Positions 38,515 to 50,371 of a stretch of DNA of 64,000 nt are shown one piece after another. The first letter of the stretch is position 1. Every line of letters starts with the position of its first letter. Made by a program: the position numbers and the translations under genes. Under the pieces are notes generated by a model that was not told the origin of the DNA, did no database searches, and saw only the letters and a list, made by a program, of their open reading frames with translations. Source of the stretch: an uncultured Spirochaetota bacterium (GTDB lineage Bacteria; Spirochaetota; Spirochaetia; SZUA-6; Fen-1364). The stretch lies in contig CAWGAA010000003.1 of the NCBI GenBank assembly GCA_963820525.1, positions 608,001-672,000 of the forward strand. Reading direction: 5' to 3'.

Positions 38515-39777
38515 ATGCACATCAAAACTGAACGTCTCCTCGTTACGATCGCAATGCTTATCGCCTCGGCCGCTGTCGCCGCGGCCAGAGGGGGAAGGGA
38601 GACCCCCGCGCCGCGGACTCCCCTCAGGCTGGCCCTTTGGATTGTCGACAACGAAAGCGAAAGGGTGTCCGCCTTTGCCCGGCGCCTTGCCGCCGAGGCG
38701 AGCGGGAAGAATCCCTGGCTCGGCGTGGATGTTTCGGCCAAAAGCCTCGAGATTCTACAAAAGGATCTCCTCCTGGCAGGCTCCGCGGGCTCTCCGCCGG
38801 CTCTGGTCTGGGCCTCCGGGGACCAGATCCCTCCCCTTGCGAGCGCGGGGCTCATCCAGCCCGTCGACGGCCTTTTCGATGCTTCCCGCTTTCTTTCCTC
38901 CGCCGTGGAGGCGGGAAGATACTCCGGCAGGAGATGGGGGGTGCCCATCTCGGTCGGAGGCCACCTCATGCTCTTCTATAATAAGGATCTGGCCCCCGCC
39001 CCGCCCCGCACCACCGAAGAGCTTTTCGCTTTGGCGAAAAAACTTTCGGCGAGCGGCAGGTACGCGGTTGTGTGGTTCCAGTACGAGCCGTTCTGGCTCG
39101 TGCCATGGCTGGGAGCATTCCGCGGCAGGCTCTTCGATGCCGATGGCCTGAAACCCGCCCTCGACACTCCCGAGATGGTCGCCACCCTGACGTTTCTCTC
39201 CACCCTGAAGCTCGGGAAAATCCTTCCCGCGGATGGAGACTACGCCAGCGCGGACGCGCTCTTCAAGGAGGGCAAGGCCGCGGCGATCGTCAACGGCGAG
39301 TGGGCGTCGAACGACTACAGGGCGGCGCTCGGCGCACGGCTCGCCGCGACGCGTATCCCGAAGGTGAGCGCCACGGGCGAGTGGCCCCGGCCGCTGGTGA
39401 CCGGCGTCTTCTTCATGATACCGCGCGAAATAGAGGGCGAGGCGCTTACCGCAGCCAGGCTCTTCGTCTCCGGCGCCACGGGAAAGGACGCACAGCTCCA
39501 GCTCGCCGGCGACCTCGCCCGCGTTCCGGCCCTCACGGCGGCTGTCGAAGACCCCGCGGTCAGGGAAGACCCGCTTTTAGGCGGCTCGGCCGAGCAGGCG
39601 GCGGCAGGCGTACCTCTTCCCCCCTCTTATCGAACCCGCTGCGTATGGGATGCCATGAAGCCGGAGCTCCTCGCGGTGATGGGTGGGCTGGAAAGCCCTT
39701 CCGAAGCGGCTCATGCCATGCAGAAAGCCGCGGAAGCATGCATCGCGGCCGGCGCAGAACGGAGCGCCCCCCGGTGA
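38515..39777 (+). CDS. Sugar ABC transporter solute-binding protein (MalE-like)
   Basis: WGVPI...LFYNKDL...PRTTEEL, LFKEGKAAAIVNGEW. Confidence 0.85.
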   Translation: MHIKTERLLVTIAMLIASAAVAAARGGRETPAPRTPLRLALWIVDNESERVSAFARRLAAEASGKNPWLGVDVSAKSLEILQKDLLLAGSAGSPPALVWASGDQIPPLASAGLIQPVDGLFDASRFLSSAVEAGRYSGRRWGVPISVGGHLMLFYNKDLAPAPPRTTEELFALAKKLSASGRYAVVWFQYEPFWLVPWLGAFRGRLFDADGLKPALDTPEMVATLTFLSTLKLGKILPADGDYASADALFKEGKAAAIVNGEWASNDYRAALGARLAATRIPKVSATGEWPRPLVTGVFFMIPREIEGEALTAARLFVSGATGKDAQLQLAGDLARVPALTAAVEDPAVREDPLLGGSAEQAAAGVPLPPSYRTRCVWDAMKPELLAVMGGLESPSEAAHAMQKAAEACIAAGAERSAPR

Positions 39778-41879
39778 GAATCAGGAACAACCCTTGCTCG
39801 ATATTCCGCGCACTTCATGGAGGAGCCCCGCGGGGGCCGGCGCTGACGATCCTCCTGGCCATGGCAATCGCCTCGGCGGCCCGAGCCGAGGATTTCGGCA
39901 AAACCCTCTCCATCGCGACGGCGCCTCGGTGGGTGGCTCCCCAGGCGGCGGAGAAGCTCCCGGCTCCCGCGGGCGGCGCAAAAGACAGCCAAGCCTATCT
40001 TCTGCTCGACTACCAGGTCAATGTCGCCTCGCAGGAGCTGTACGTCCACGTCGTCAAGGACCTCCTCACCCCGGAGGGGGTGCAGGACGGCTCATCCATT
40101 CTCATCGACTACAACCCTGCCTACCAAAGGCTCATCCTCCATCACGTACGCGTCCTCAGAGACGGCAAGGCGAGCTCGCGGCTCGCGCGGGACGCCGTAC
40201 GGCTGCTCCAGAGGGAAGCGGACCTGGAAAGCTTCGTCCTCGACGGCTCGATAACGGCCTCACTCCTCATGAAGGACGTGCGGCCGGCGGACCGCATCGA
40301 TTACGCCTACACGATCCGGGGGAGGAACCCCGTTTTCGCGGGAAAATATGCGGATGAGTTCTCCATCGGCTGGCATGTGCCGGTGGCACGGGAGAACGTC
40401 CGCGTGCTCTGCCCTGAATCGCGAAAGCTCTTCTTCAAGACCCAAGGAGCGCGGGCCGAGCCGTCGATCTCGCATCGCGGAGGGGTTGTCGAATACCGGT
40501 GGGATCTTTCGGATCTGAAGCCCGCCCCGGACGAGGACGACACTCCCTCGTGGCACATCGCGACTCCCTGGATCGAGCTCACCGAGTTCGCCGATTGGGC
40601 CGAGATGAGACAGTGGGCGTCGGCCCTGTATCCGCGGGCGCCCCTGCCGGCGGAGCTGGAGAAGCTGGCCGAGACGTGGCGCGGCCGGGGGGCGGCTCCC
40701 GAGGAGCTGATGCGCTCCGCCCTGGACTGGGTGCAGCGCAACATCCGCTACCTCGGCATCGAGCTGGGGGCCGGCTCCTACAGGCCCAGCGCGCCCCGGA
40801 CGGTGTTCGCCCGGCGCTTCGGAGACTGCAAGGACCAATCCTACCTGCTGTGCGCGCTGCTCCGCCGGTTGGGCATCGACGCGGCGCCCGTGCTGGTCAA
40901 CACTTACTCCCGCCGCCTCGTCGGCGACATGCTCCCCTCCCCCACGGATTTCAACCACGTCATCGTTTGCGCCGTCCTCGACGGCCGCAGGGTCTCCATG
41001 GACCCGACGCAAACCTACCAGCGGGGGCGCGTCTCGCAGCGTTACGTCCCGGACTACGGCTACGGCCTCATGGTGGCGGACGGCCAGGATGAGCTCCTCA
41101 GGTTCCACTCGGTGCAGGGCGCCGCGAACGACATCGAGATCGTGGAGAGGTTCACCGCCGGCGGGCAGGAGGAGCCGGCCCTCCTCGACGTGGAGACCAC
41201 CGCCCGCGGCCCCGCGGCTGACCGCATGCGCGAGGCGTTCGCGGGAAACCGCGTTGATGAGCTGGCAAAGAGCTACCTCAACTACTACGCCAACACGTAT
41301 CCTTCAATCGAGCCCGCCGGCGAGCTCAGCTTTTCCGACGACGAGGAAGCCAACCTCTTCAAGATTGTTGAGCACTACCGCCTGCCCGATTTCTGGGGCC
41401 TCAGCGCCGACAAGCTGGAGTACATCGCGGAGTTCTCCGCGGACTCGATCCACGACGAGATCCCCGAGCCGCGAACCAAGATCAGGAGCTCACCGCTCGC
41501 CGTCGATCATCCCCGCCACGTGACGCAGAACATGGAGATCGATCTTCCCGAGCAATGGCGGCTGAAGGGGGAAAGCTCCACCTTCACCAATGCCGCTTTC
41601 GAGCTCCGCACAAGCTCCGAGAGCTCCGGCCGCCACGTCTCCCTGCGCTACGATTACCGCTCTCTTGTCGACGAGGTACCCGCCTCCGGGATTCCCGCGT
41701 ATATCCAGTCCATCGCGCGCATCGACGATGAGCTCGGCTACCGCCTCACGTGGGAGAAGGGCAGGCGGGCGGAAGAGGCCGGCCCATCGAAGAACGTCCT
41801 GGGGATGGCCACCGTGCTGGGGATCATTCTCCTCGTCGTGGGATGGTTTGTCGTTCAGCGGATCCTCGGGCGCCGCTAA
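39774..41879 (+). CDS. DUF3857 + transglutaminase-like domain protein
   Basis: WVQRNIRY, RRFGDCKD, FNHVI, MDPT (Cys-His-Asp); C-terminal TM helix. Confidence 0.85.
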   Translation: MRIRNNPCSIFRALHGGAPRGPALTILLAMAIASAARAEDFGKTLSIATAPRWVAPQAAEKLPAPAGGAKDSQAYLLLDYQVNVASQELYVHVVKDLLTPEGVQDGSSILIDYNPAYQRLILHHVRVLRDGKASSRLARDAVRLLQREADLESFVLDGSITASLLMKDVRPADRIDYAYTIRGRNPVFAGKYADEFSIGWHVPVARENVRVLCPESRKLFFKTQGARAEPSISHRGGVVEYRWDLSDLKPAPDEDDTPSWHIATPWIELTEFADWAEMRQWASALYPRAPLPAELEKLAETWRGRGAAPEELMRSALDWVQRNIRYLGIELGAGSYRPSAPRTVFARRFGDCKDQSYLLCALLRRLGIDAAPVLVNTYSRRLVGDMLPSPTDFNHVIVCAVLDGRRVSMDPTQTYQRGRVSQRYVPDYGYGLMVADGQDELLRFHSVQGAANDIEIVERFTAGGQEEPALLDVETTARGPAADRMREAFAGNRVDELAKSYLNYYANTYPSIEPAGELSFSDDEEANLFKIVEHYRLPDFWGLSADKLEYIAEFSADSIHDEIPEPRTKIRSSPLAVDHPRHVTQNMEIDLPEQWRLKGESSTFTNAAFELRTSSESSGRHVSLRYDYRSLVDEVPASGIPAYIQSIARIDDELGYRLTWEKGRRAEEAGPSKNVLGMATVLGIILLVVGWFVVQRILGRR

Positions 41880-44800
41880 TACGCTCCCGCCACCTTCTTG
41901 CCCATCTTTGCGGCAATCCGCTCAGCCTGGAGGCAGAAGCTCTCGAACCTCGCCTCCAGCAGCTGCGGATACGGGTTTCCATCCGATTCCACGGTGAGGA
42001 AAGGGATGCGCTCATCGCCCGTGAATCCGGCGGGCGGGGAGTACGCGATGCCCAATGAGTCGTAAATTTCGCGTTTGCCCTTCATGTCCGCCATCGGCAC
42101 CGTCACCGCGTCGGCCAGCCGCGTCTGGATGCATCCGAACGGGCCGACGTTGACGATCCCGCAGTACTTCGTGAAGGCGTCCCTGAAGGTCATGCCGGAC
42201 ACGAGCACCTGTTCCCCGTCGAAATCCTTGGGAACGATGGGCCCGGAAAACCCCGTCGTGCTGTCGATGTCAATCATCGTGCAGTCGACGAGGCCGGAGG
42301 CGGCGAGGATGCCCTTGATTTTCCTCTCCACGATGCGTTGGGTCCTGGCGGAAATGAGCCCTTCCAGCCATCCCGCCACCGTGTAGCTGGCCTTCTTGAT
42401 CCCGTGCTTCTGCATGTAACTCATGTAGTACATGATCTCCGTGAGGGTCGCCGTGCTGACGACGAATCCCCTGCGCGCCAGACGGTGGGCCAGCCCGAGA
42501 TTCGAGAAAGCGTCCTTTCGGACGAAGAACTCCCCATTGAAACCGATCCTCGCCGTCTCGCTGAAGGGCTGCTTCAGCGGGATCTCGCCCAGGCGCCGCG
42601 CCGTCTGCCTGAGCTGATCGTAGAGGCCGATGCGGGAGATTCCCTCGAACGAGCTGCAGACCTTCTGCAGCTCGTTGCGGAAAAGAGAGATCGCCCCCTC
42701 GCGGTCCCTGGCGAGCGCCAGGAGCGAGCAATACACGTCCTCCAGGAGATCGATCGTCACCGCCGCCTTCCAGACGTTGAAGAGGACCCGGGGCCCCAGC
42801 CCGGTGAATCTATCCGACATGCTGAGCTTGAGGATGGCGACATCCTCGATGCGGTTGTCCCGGATGAAGTCGTTCATGAAGACGTGGTATTGCCCCAGCC
42901 TGCAGTAGCCGAGCGCGTGGGGGATGAAGAAGATGCACTTCTGGTTTCTCTCCGATGCGGGGCGGGACCTCAGGTATTTCACGAGCCCGCCGATGCAGAC
43001 GATGAGCGGGATGCATTCCTTGCCCGTCGTCACGCCGCGCCCGGCCGCAAGCGTCCCGCCGTCCGCCGGAGGGAGCGCGACGGCATGGATGCCGAGCCGC
43101 CTCAGGGCCGCCGTCATGACATAGCTGCCGAAGTCTCCGAGGGCGGGGAGCAGGAGCTTCACGCGGGGATCCGTCAGGGCATAGCGCCTGCCGCCGGAAT
43201 CGACGAAGACGGCGCCCCGGCTCTCCATGGACATGCGGGCGGGCGTGAAAGAGGCCGCCGGGGCCGCCGCAGTCTTCTGGATCTTTCGATAGTTCTGGAT
43301 GATGCTCTGGAAGGCGTCGATCCTCGTGTCGAGGCCGGCATCCGCCGTGTGGGCGTCGAGCTCGAGGGTGAGCGACGGCTTTGCGCCCATGATCCGCCTG
43401 AAGTACGTCACGATGAATGAATCGGGGGCGCAGAGGAAGTTCGTGATGAATACCCCGTAGAGCTGGGGATTCCTTTTCACGATCTGGGCCGCCTTCAATA
43501 TCCTCTGGCCGGCCTCCCAGTACATCGAATGCCGGTACTCGTCGACGAGCGGCTCATCCTCGATGGGGAGCATGTCGAAGGGGATGACGAGCTCCCCCTG
43601 CTGGCGAGCTTCTTCGGGATCCCCTTGTTCGCCTCCGCGGCATAGGCGTTGTATGGCCGGCCGAAGAGCACCACCGCCGTCTTCTCGGGGTCTCGCGCCA
43701 GCTCGTCGATGAGCCTTCTGCCCATTGCCCTGCATTCGTTCTCGAAGGCGCCCTGCATCTCCAGGGCCTCGGAAAAGGCCTCCATCCCCCGGCTCTTCGA
43801 GAAGCCGAGCTCCCGCGCCAGATCGACGAAGGCCCGCCTTCCCTTCTCCATCCCGTCCCTGAAGTTTAGCAGCGGCGCGAGGATCGGAGCGTAGCCTTCC
43901 CTGTTCCTGAATGCCTGGCGCAGGTAGATGCCGCATCCCATGCTCAAGCCGCAGGTCGAACAATAGTCGAAATCGTGGTTGCCGCCCTCGACGAACATCT
44001 CCTTCACCATGGGGATGAACGCGTAATCGGGGCGCTTGGCGGCGAGGTTCTCGTACAGCCCGGTGGCGATCTCTGCGGGGAAGCACATGGAGGTGACGAG
44101 GTGGTTGGCCGCGTCCTTTTCCACCGCGTCGGGAAGCTCGACCCTGCAGCCCAGCAGGGAAAAGAAATTGTAATACAGGGGAAAGAGGCTCATGGCGGAA
44201 AAGGCGGTCAGGAGGCCGATCGCGGGTGCGTGGGGGTCGGCCTCCCGGCGCGGGGCATACGTATGGAGCATCAGCTGGTTTCGGATGGAAACGCCGTCCA
44301 CCGCCGTATCGGAGCCGGCGTGGCCGCCGATGTTGTAGTACCGGTTGCACACTCCGCCGAAGGGGAACACTTTTTCATCCACACGGATTCGGCTGATCGG
44401 GCACTTCAGGTCGCACTTCTCCTTGCCTCCCGCGCATTCGAAGGGCTTTTCGTGCGTGACCCGCCGCCTGATGAGGGAATCGAGGTCGAAGCGCTGCTCG
44501 GGGATGAGCCCCAGGTTGATCCTCTTTTCCAGCTCCAGGGCGACGCCGAAGGCTCCCATGAGCCCGGGCTCCGGCGGCACGACGATCGGCTTTTGCAGTA
44601 TGGAGGCCATGGCCGCCGGCACCGCCCGGTTGTAGCAGACTCCCCCCTGCATGAAGACCTTCCTTCCGACGGGGCGCGAGCCTTTCACCCTGTTGATGTA
44701 GTTGAAGCAGATCGAATACACGAGCCCCGCGATAATATCGGCGAGCCCGATCCCCGAGTGGGTTGCGTTCTTGATGTCGGAAGAGATGAACGCGGCGCAC

Positions 44801-46206
44801 TGGTCGTTGAAGTTGGGCGGCGAGCTGCCCTGCAGCGCGAGACCGGCGATGTCTTCCATCCGGATCCCGAGGGACTCCTTGGCGGATTCCTCGAGAAATG
44901 ATCCGGTTCCCGCCGAGCAGGCGAGGTTCATCGCGTAGTCCGACGCGACCGAGGAGGTGAGGTACGTATACTTCGCGTCCTGTCCGCCGATCTCGAAGAT
45001 GGTATCCACGTCCTTGTCGAAGTACGCGGCGGCCGAGGCGTGCGCGATGATCTCGTTGATGATTCCCTCGGTGAGGGCGTACAGCCCCGCGATGTGCCTG
45101 CCGGACCCGGTGACGCCGACCCCGATGATGTCGACGTCCGTCCCGCCGAGGATCGTCCGCACCTTGGCGAAACAGGCGCGCGAGGCTTCCACGGGATTCC
45201 CGTTCGTGCGCAGGTACTCGGAGGCCAGAAAGGCGTGATCCTCCAGGCGGAGGAGGAGGATTTTCGTGGTCGTGGAACCCACGTCGAGGCCGATGATGCA
45301 GCGGTCTCGCGGGCGCGCCCGGCTGAACTCGATCGATTTGAAGGTCACAAGGTGTTCGGCGGAGGACAGGGGGGGCAGGAACGAAAAACTGGCGTGCCCC
45401 TCCCTGAACAGCGAGCCGGGCAGGCGAAGCCCGCGCCTGACGGCAGCGATTGCGGCGCCGAGAGCCTCGAAGTACGGGGCCTCCTGCGGCACCTCGGCTC
45501 CGGGGATGGCGGATTTCACGGTGTCCATGACGGCCTTGTTCAGCGCGGTGCCGCCGACAACGAGCGTTCGCGCGTGGGGGACCCTGTCGAGGATCTCGAC
45601 GATCTTCTGCGCGATCATCCTGCAGAGTCCCGCCGTCACGTCCCCGATGGCGACCCCCTTGTTCAGGGCATGAGTGCAGTCGGATTTGCAGAACACCGAG
45701 CAGCGGCCGCTCACCGGGTAGGGGCTGCCGCCGCACGCGAGCGCCGTCGCTTCTTCGATATCCAGGTCCATCCGCCTGATCTGCTGGAGGAAGAACTCGC
45801 CGGTGCCGGAGGCGCACTTGTTGCCCGTCGATATGCCGCAGACCCTCTGGTGCGAGTCGAGCGCGTACACGACGAAGGTCTCCCCGCCGGCGGAGACAAC
45901 TGCGTCGTACCTCGCCTGGTATTTCCGTTTGACGAACTCCAGCGCGTATTCGATCGCTTCGGGCTCCGTGATCGAGTCCAGTGCAACGAAATGCCTGAAG
46001 TTGCGGCCCGTCACGAGCACGGGATCATCGCCGATGTCGAGCTCTCCGATGACCTCGCTGAAAACGGCCTTCAGGTTCCCTTCATGGCTTTTCCGCAGCA
46101 CCCTTCGGATCCCGATCGGCGAGCCCGTTTCCGAACCGTTGTGGAACACCTCGACAGCGCTGATCGTGGTGGCACCGATACAGATGCCGTAGGCCTTTCT
46201 GTCCAT
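41876..46206 (-). pseudogene. CoA-substrate-specific enzyme activase (2-hydroxyacyl-CoA dehydratase activase fusion), frameshifted
   Basis: KCASGTG, RCSVF, GLDVGSTTTK, EIGGQDAK, CSAGTGSF, GRPYN, then after a G5 run at 43594-43598 FLCAPD, LELDAH..AG..TR, PFGC. Confidence 0.85.
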
Positions 46207-46235
46207 ACTTTATTCGATCGAACTTCCTGCGCCGA

Positions 46236-46264
46236 ATGATAAATCGCCCAGCATAGGCTGTCAA
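46236..46264 (-). promoter_or_regulatory. sigma70 promoter for the activase gene
   Basis: TTGACA-N17-TATCAT. Confidence 0.65.
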
Positions 46265-46364
46265 GGTACGTCCTGGCCGAAAAACAGGCTCTGGCTCGTT
46301 CTCTGGTCCTGGATTATATTCGAGGAAGCGATAACGGCATCAAAACGTCAAGGAGAAACGGACA

Positions 46365-47735
46365 ATGGACATCCACGCCGTCAACCTTTCGCGCGCCCAG
46401 TTCGCCGTCACCACGGTATTCCACATGCTGTGGCCGCTTCTCAGCATCGGGCTCAGCCTTCTTCTGGTTGTCATGGAAATCCTCTGGCTGCGGACCCGGG
46501 ACGAAGCCTACCTCCGGCACGTCCGCTTCTGGTCGAAGCTCTTCATCCTCGCCTTCGGCATCGGGGTGGCCAGCGGCGTCCCCCTGGAGCTTCAGTTCGG
46601 CACCAACTGGTCGCGTTTTTCGACGGCCTCGGGGAGCCTGTTCGGAAACATTCTCGCGTTCGAGGCCTCGATGTCTTTCGCACTGGAAGCCGCCTTCCTG
46701 GCGGTCTTCATCTTCGGATGGAACAGGGTCTCCCGCGCCATGCACCTTTTCTCGAACATCATGGTGGCATTCGGCGCCTCGCTCTCCGCTTTCTGGATCA
46801 TGGGCGCCAATTCCTGGATGCAGACCCCGACCGGGGTCCGCATGGAAGGCGGAAAGGTAGTCATCACGGACTACCTTGCGGCGGTTTTCAACCCGGAGCT
46901 TCCCGTGTCCTTCGCTCACATCTGGGTGGCCAGCGTTGAGACGACCCTGTTCTTCGTGGGCGGGATCTGCGCGTGGTACCTGATCCGCGGGAGGGACGCC
47001 GCTTTCTTTCTCAAAGGCTTCAAGGTTGTCCTGATCATGGGGATTCTCGCGGCTCCCCTTCAGATCTTCCTCGGCGATGCATCAGGCCTGTCCATCTTCA
47101 AGTACCAGCCCGCAAAATCCGCCGCCATGGAGGCGAATTGGCGGACCAATGCCCCGGGCACGGGGTCGCCCTGGGCCGTCGTGGCGTGGCCGGATAAGAG
47201 CGCCCAGGAAAACCGCTGGGCCGTCGAGATCCCATACCTTTTGAGCCTTCTGGACACCCGCACCCTCAGGGGCCAGGTGCCGGGGCTTCGCGATTTCCCC
47301 GTGGAAGACCAGCCCCCCGTCTGGCTGCCGTTCTACGGCTTCCGGCTCATGGTTCTCCTGGCATTCGTGATGCTGGCTCTGGTCATATGGGCGGCTGCGG
47401 CATGGGCGAGGGGACGGATGACCCCGGATTCCGCTCCCCGCATGCGCGGCCTGTGGCGATTGTGGATGATCGCGATCCCTGCCGGCTTCCTCGCCACCGA
47501 ATGCGGCTGGATCGTGCGGGAAATGGGCAGGCAGCCGTGGATCATCTATGGGATGATGCGCACGGCGGACGGCTCGTCGCCCATCGGCGCCGGCGTCGCC
47601 GCCGCGAGCCTGGCCGCCTTCAGCGCGGTCTACCTGGCGCTCCTGGCGCTTTTCATCTTCTTTACGGCGCGGATCCTCCAGAAGGGCCCCGATCTGAAAG
47701 GTCCGCTTCCCAGAGGTGCGGGGGAAGGGAGGTAG
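46365..47735 (+). CDS. cydA: Cytochrome bd ubiquinol oxidase subunit I
   Basis: SRAQFA...FH, QFGTNW, NSWMQTP, QPAK.AAME, FRLM, GWIVREMGRQPW. Confidence 0.95.
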   Translation: MDIHAVNLSRAQFAVTTVFHMLWPLLSIGLSLLLVVMEILWLRTRDEAYLRHVRFWSKLFILAFGIGVASGVPLELQFGTNWSRFSTASGSLFGNILAFEASMSFALEAAFLAVFIFGWNRVSRAMHLFSNIMVAFGASLSAFWIMGANSWMQTPTGVRMEGGKVVITDYLAAVFNPELPVSFAHIWVASVETTLFFVGGICAWYLIRGRDAAFFLKGFKVVLIMGILAAPLQIFLGDASGLSIFKYQPAKSAAMEANWRTNAPGTGSPWAVVAWPDKSAQENRWAVEIPYLLSLLDTRTLRGQVPGLRDFPVEDQPPVWLPFYGFRLMVLLAFVMLALVIWAAAAWARGRMTPDSAPRMRGLWRLWMIAIPAGFLATECGWIVREMGRQPWIIYGMMRTADGSSPIGAGVAAASLAAFSAVYLALLALFIFFTARILQKGPDLKGPLPRGAGEGR

Positions 47736-47738
47736 GCC

Positions 47739-48749
47739 ATGGCTGAAACGATCCTCCAGCTTGCCTGGTTCGGCATCATGGCCCTCGGGCTGGGGCTTTT
47801 CGTGGTGCTCGACGGCGCCGACCTTGGAATCGGGGCCCTCTCCCTCGCGGCGCGCGACGAGAAGGAGCGCTCCCTCATGGTGGCGGCCATCGGTCCCATG
47901 TGGTACGCCAACGAGACGTGGCTGGTCATCGCCGGCGCGGTGCTCTTCGGCGCTTTTCCCCTCGCCTACGCCATTCTCTTCAGCTCCCTCTACATTCCCT
48001 CGATGTTTCTCCTCCTGGGCCTCATCCTCCGCGCGGTATCCACGGAGTTCCGCGTTCACTCCAACCGCAAAAGGCTCTGGAGCACCGCGTTCGGCATCGG
48101 GAGCCTGCTCGCAATCCTGGCGCAGGGCTTCATGCTTGGCGGGCTCTTGAGCGGCATCAAGGTGTCCAACGGTCAGTTCGCGGGAGGCCCCTGGGACTGG
48201 CTGAATCCCGCTTCCATCCTCGTAACGGTTGGGATCGCCTCCGGCTATGCGATGCTCGGGGCGAGCGCAATGGTGCGCAGGACCGAGGGGGAGTCCGAGA
48301 AGCGCAACAGGAGGCTTCTGCAAATCACGGCTGCCGTGTCGGTGGCCATGTTCATCGCCGTGATCGCGGTCCTGCCGCTGGTGAGCCCCGCCGTCTCGCG
48401 CGTCTGGCTGGAGCCTCCGCGCCCCATCGTCTCCTCGATCTTCTTCGCGGGGACCCTTCTCGGCTTCGCGCTGCTCCTGGCCAGCATTCCCCGGCAAACC
48501 TCGGAGCGCACCCTGTATGCCTTGGGGCTCATGGTCTTCATCTGCGCCTCCTGCGCCGTGGTAAGCGCCATCTTCCCCTACTTCATCCCGCTGTCCGTGA
48601 CCATCGCGGATGCCGCGGCGCCGAGCCAGACCCTCGTGTTCATGCTCATCGGCGTGGGAGTGATCCTCCCCATCATCGCCGTGTACAACCTCTACACGCG
48701 CGGAGTATTCCGCGGCAAGGTCCGCGGAGGAGACGAAGAGCAGTATTGA
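47739..48749 (+). CDS. cydB: Cytochrome bd ubiquinol oxidase subunit II
   Basis: LDGADLG, P.WYANETWL, AFPLAY, LILRAVSTEFR. Confidence 0.93.
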   Translation: MAETILQLAWFGIMALGLGLFVVLDGADLGIGALSLAARDEKERSLMVAAIGPMWYANETWLVIAGAVLFGAFPLAYAILFSSLYIPSMFLLLGLILRAVSTEFRVHSNRKRLWSTAFGIGSLLAILAQGFMLGGLLSGIKVSNGQFAGGPWDWLNPASILVTVGIASGYAMLGASAMVRRTEGESEKRNRRLLQITAAVSVAMFIAVIAVLPLVSPAVSRVWLEPPRPIVSSIFFAGTLLGFALLLASIPRQTSERTLYALGLMVFICASCAVVSAIFPYFIPLSVTIADAAAPSQTLVFMLIGVGVILPIIAVYNLYTRGVFRGKVRGGDEEQY

Positions 48750-48802
48750 GGGGGCGATTCGCTTTGGGGCGGCACGGGCCCGTTGCCGCGCTGCGGTCCC
48801 CC

Positions 48803-50191
48803 CTACCTCAGGGGCTCACCTATCACGAAGGGTGAAAGAGGGGTCTGCCCGACATCGAGGCTCCTGCCGAGGTCGTTCGCCGCGGCGTCCCGTGTCGAAA
48901 GGGCAGGCAGGCCGAAGCGGACCTCGATGAGCTTGAGCGCCGAGGTGATGTCGAAGGTGGAGTGGTCCACCGCCCCCGCCTTCGCGTAGGGGCTGATGAG
49001 CAGGGCCGGCACGCGAATTCCGTAGCCGTCGTCGTCCACCGCGGGCGGCGGGACATGATCGAAGAATCCTCCGTACTCGTCCCAGGTCAGAAGGAGCGCC
49101 GAGTTCGCCCAATAGGGGCTCTTCATGAGCGCGTTCACCAGGTCCGTGACGTACCACATCCCCAGCCCCACGCCCCCCGGGGGGTGCTCGCTGTCGCTGT
49201 CATTGGGCAGGATCCAGCACACGGACGGCAGGGTGCCGTCCCGCAGGTCGCGGAAGAACCGGCGGCTTTCGACCAGATGCGACATCAGCTCGCCGCTTCC
49301 CATGAAGGCGCGAAAGCCGGGAAGCGGGTTCCAGGCGCCGAAGCGCCGCGTCCACCGCTGGCCGACGTAATACTTCCAGGATATCCCATGGTCCTGAAGA
49401 CTCGAAGCGATCTGGGGAAAGTCGAGCCCTCCGGCCGGAGGCAGGAGACGGTTTGCCGATATGCCTCCGGATCGGGCGGCGACCGCATAGATGTGGTTTG
49501 GAAGGGATGGACCCATGAAGCTGGAGAAGAAACGGTCCAGGAGCGTGAAACGGCGGGCATAGGCCCAATAGTTGGGGATGTCGGACTCGTCGTAGTAGCC
49601 CATGGTGAGCCTCGATCCTTCGGCGGCAATGAAGCCGTCCATCGCGCCGCCGTTCACCGCGGCCCGGGCCGTTTCGCGGCTGTGGCCCAGGTCTCGACGC
49701 ATCGGCGAAGCGAAGTGGAACGGGGCCACCTCAGGCCGGCCGCCCGGAGAAAGGGGCTCCTTGAACCCCGGCGGGAAGCCATCAGCTGCGGGGAACGTGC
49801 CGAAATAGCTGTCGAAGCTGTGGTTCTCCTGGATCACCATGATGATATGGTCGATCCTGCCCAGCGGCTGAGCCGGTGTCGACGGCGCGGGCCACGGGGT
49901 CCCGCCGACTACCTGGATCCGATCCGCGCGCAGCAGCCCATTGTCGAAACGGCCTTCAGCCGAAGCTTCCACTCCCGGAACGAGCCCGGCGGGAAGCCCG
50001 CCGGAAGCGTACACCGTGAAGATCGTTGCGGCGAGACCCCCCTGCATCGCGACGATCCTCCCATTCACGTCCAGGACCGTTCCCCGCCGATGCCATACGC
50101 GGTCATTCGAGCCGGATCCGCATGAATCCAGAGAAAGAGCGATAAGGAACCCCATGATGAGAATCGATCCGCCGAGAGCGCCCGATTTCAT
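48803..50191 (-). CDS. Phosphoesterase / phospholipase C (alkaline phosphatase superfamily)
   Basis: [50 protein letters not shown]. Confidence 0.88.
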   Translation of the reverse strand: MKSGALGGSILIMGFLIALSLDSCGSGSNDRVWHRRGTVLDVNGRIVAMQGGLAATIFTVYASGGLPAGLVPGVEASAEGRFDNGLLRADRIQVVGGTPWPAPSTPAQPLGRIDHIIMVIQENHSFDSYFGTFPAADGFPPGFKEPLSPGGRPEVAPFHFASPMRRDLGHSRETARAAVNGGAMDGFIAAEGSRLTMGYYDESDIPNYWAYARRFTLLDRFFSSFMGPSLPNHIYAVAARSGGISANRLLPPAGGLDFPQIASSLQDHGISWKYYVGQRWTRRFGAWNPLPGFRAFMGSGELMSHLVESRRFFRDLRDGTLPSVCWILPNDSDSEHPPGGVGLGMWYVTDLVNALMKSPYWANSALLLTWDEYGGFFDHVPPPAVDDDGYGIRVPALLISPYAKAGAVDHSTFDITSALKLIEVRFGLPALSTRDAAANDLGRSLDVGQTPLSPFVIGEPLR

Positions 50192-50305
50192 GATATGGCG
50201 AAACCTCCTTGACCTTTAATATATGCTTTTCGAATTCAGTCGGGAAAACGGCCTAGAATGGCGTCAATGCGGTGCCTCTATAGCAGGTTGCTATAGAACA
50301 TACCT

Positions 50306-50334
50306 TTGACTTTCCTCAGATGTTGTTCTATACT
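50306..50334 (+). promoter_or_regulatory. sigma70 promoter for the response regulator
   Basis: TTGACT-N17-TATACT. Confidence 0.65.
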
Positions 50335-50371
50335 CGTTTCCATCGACACGATCCCCAAAGGCGAATGAATC

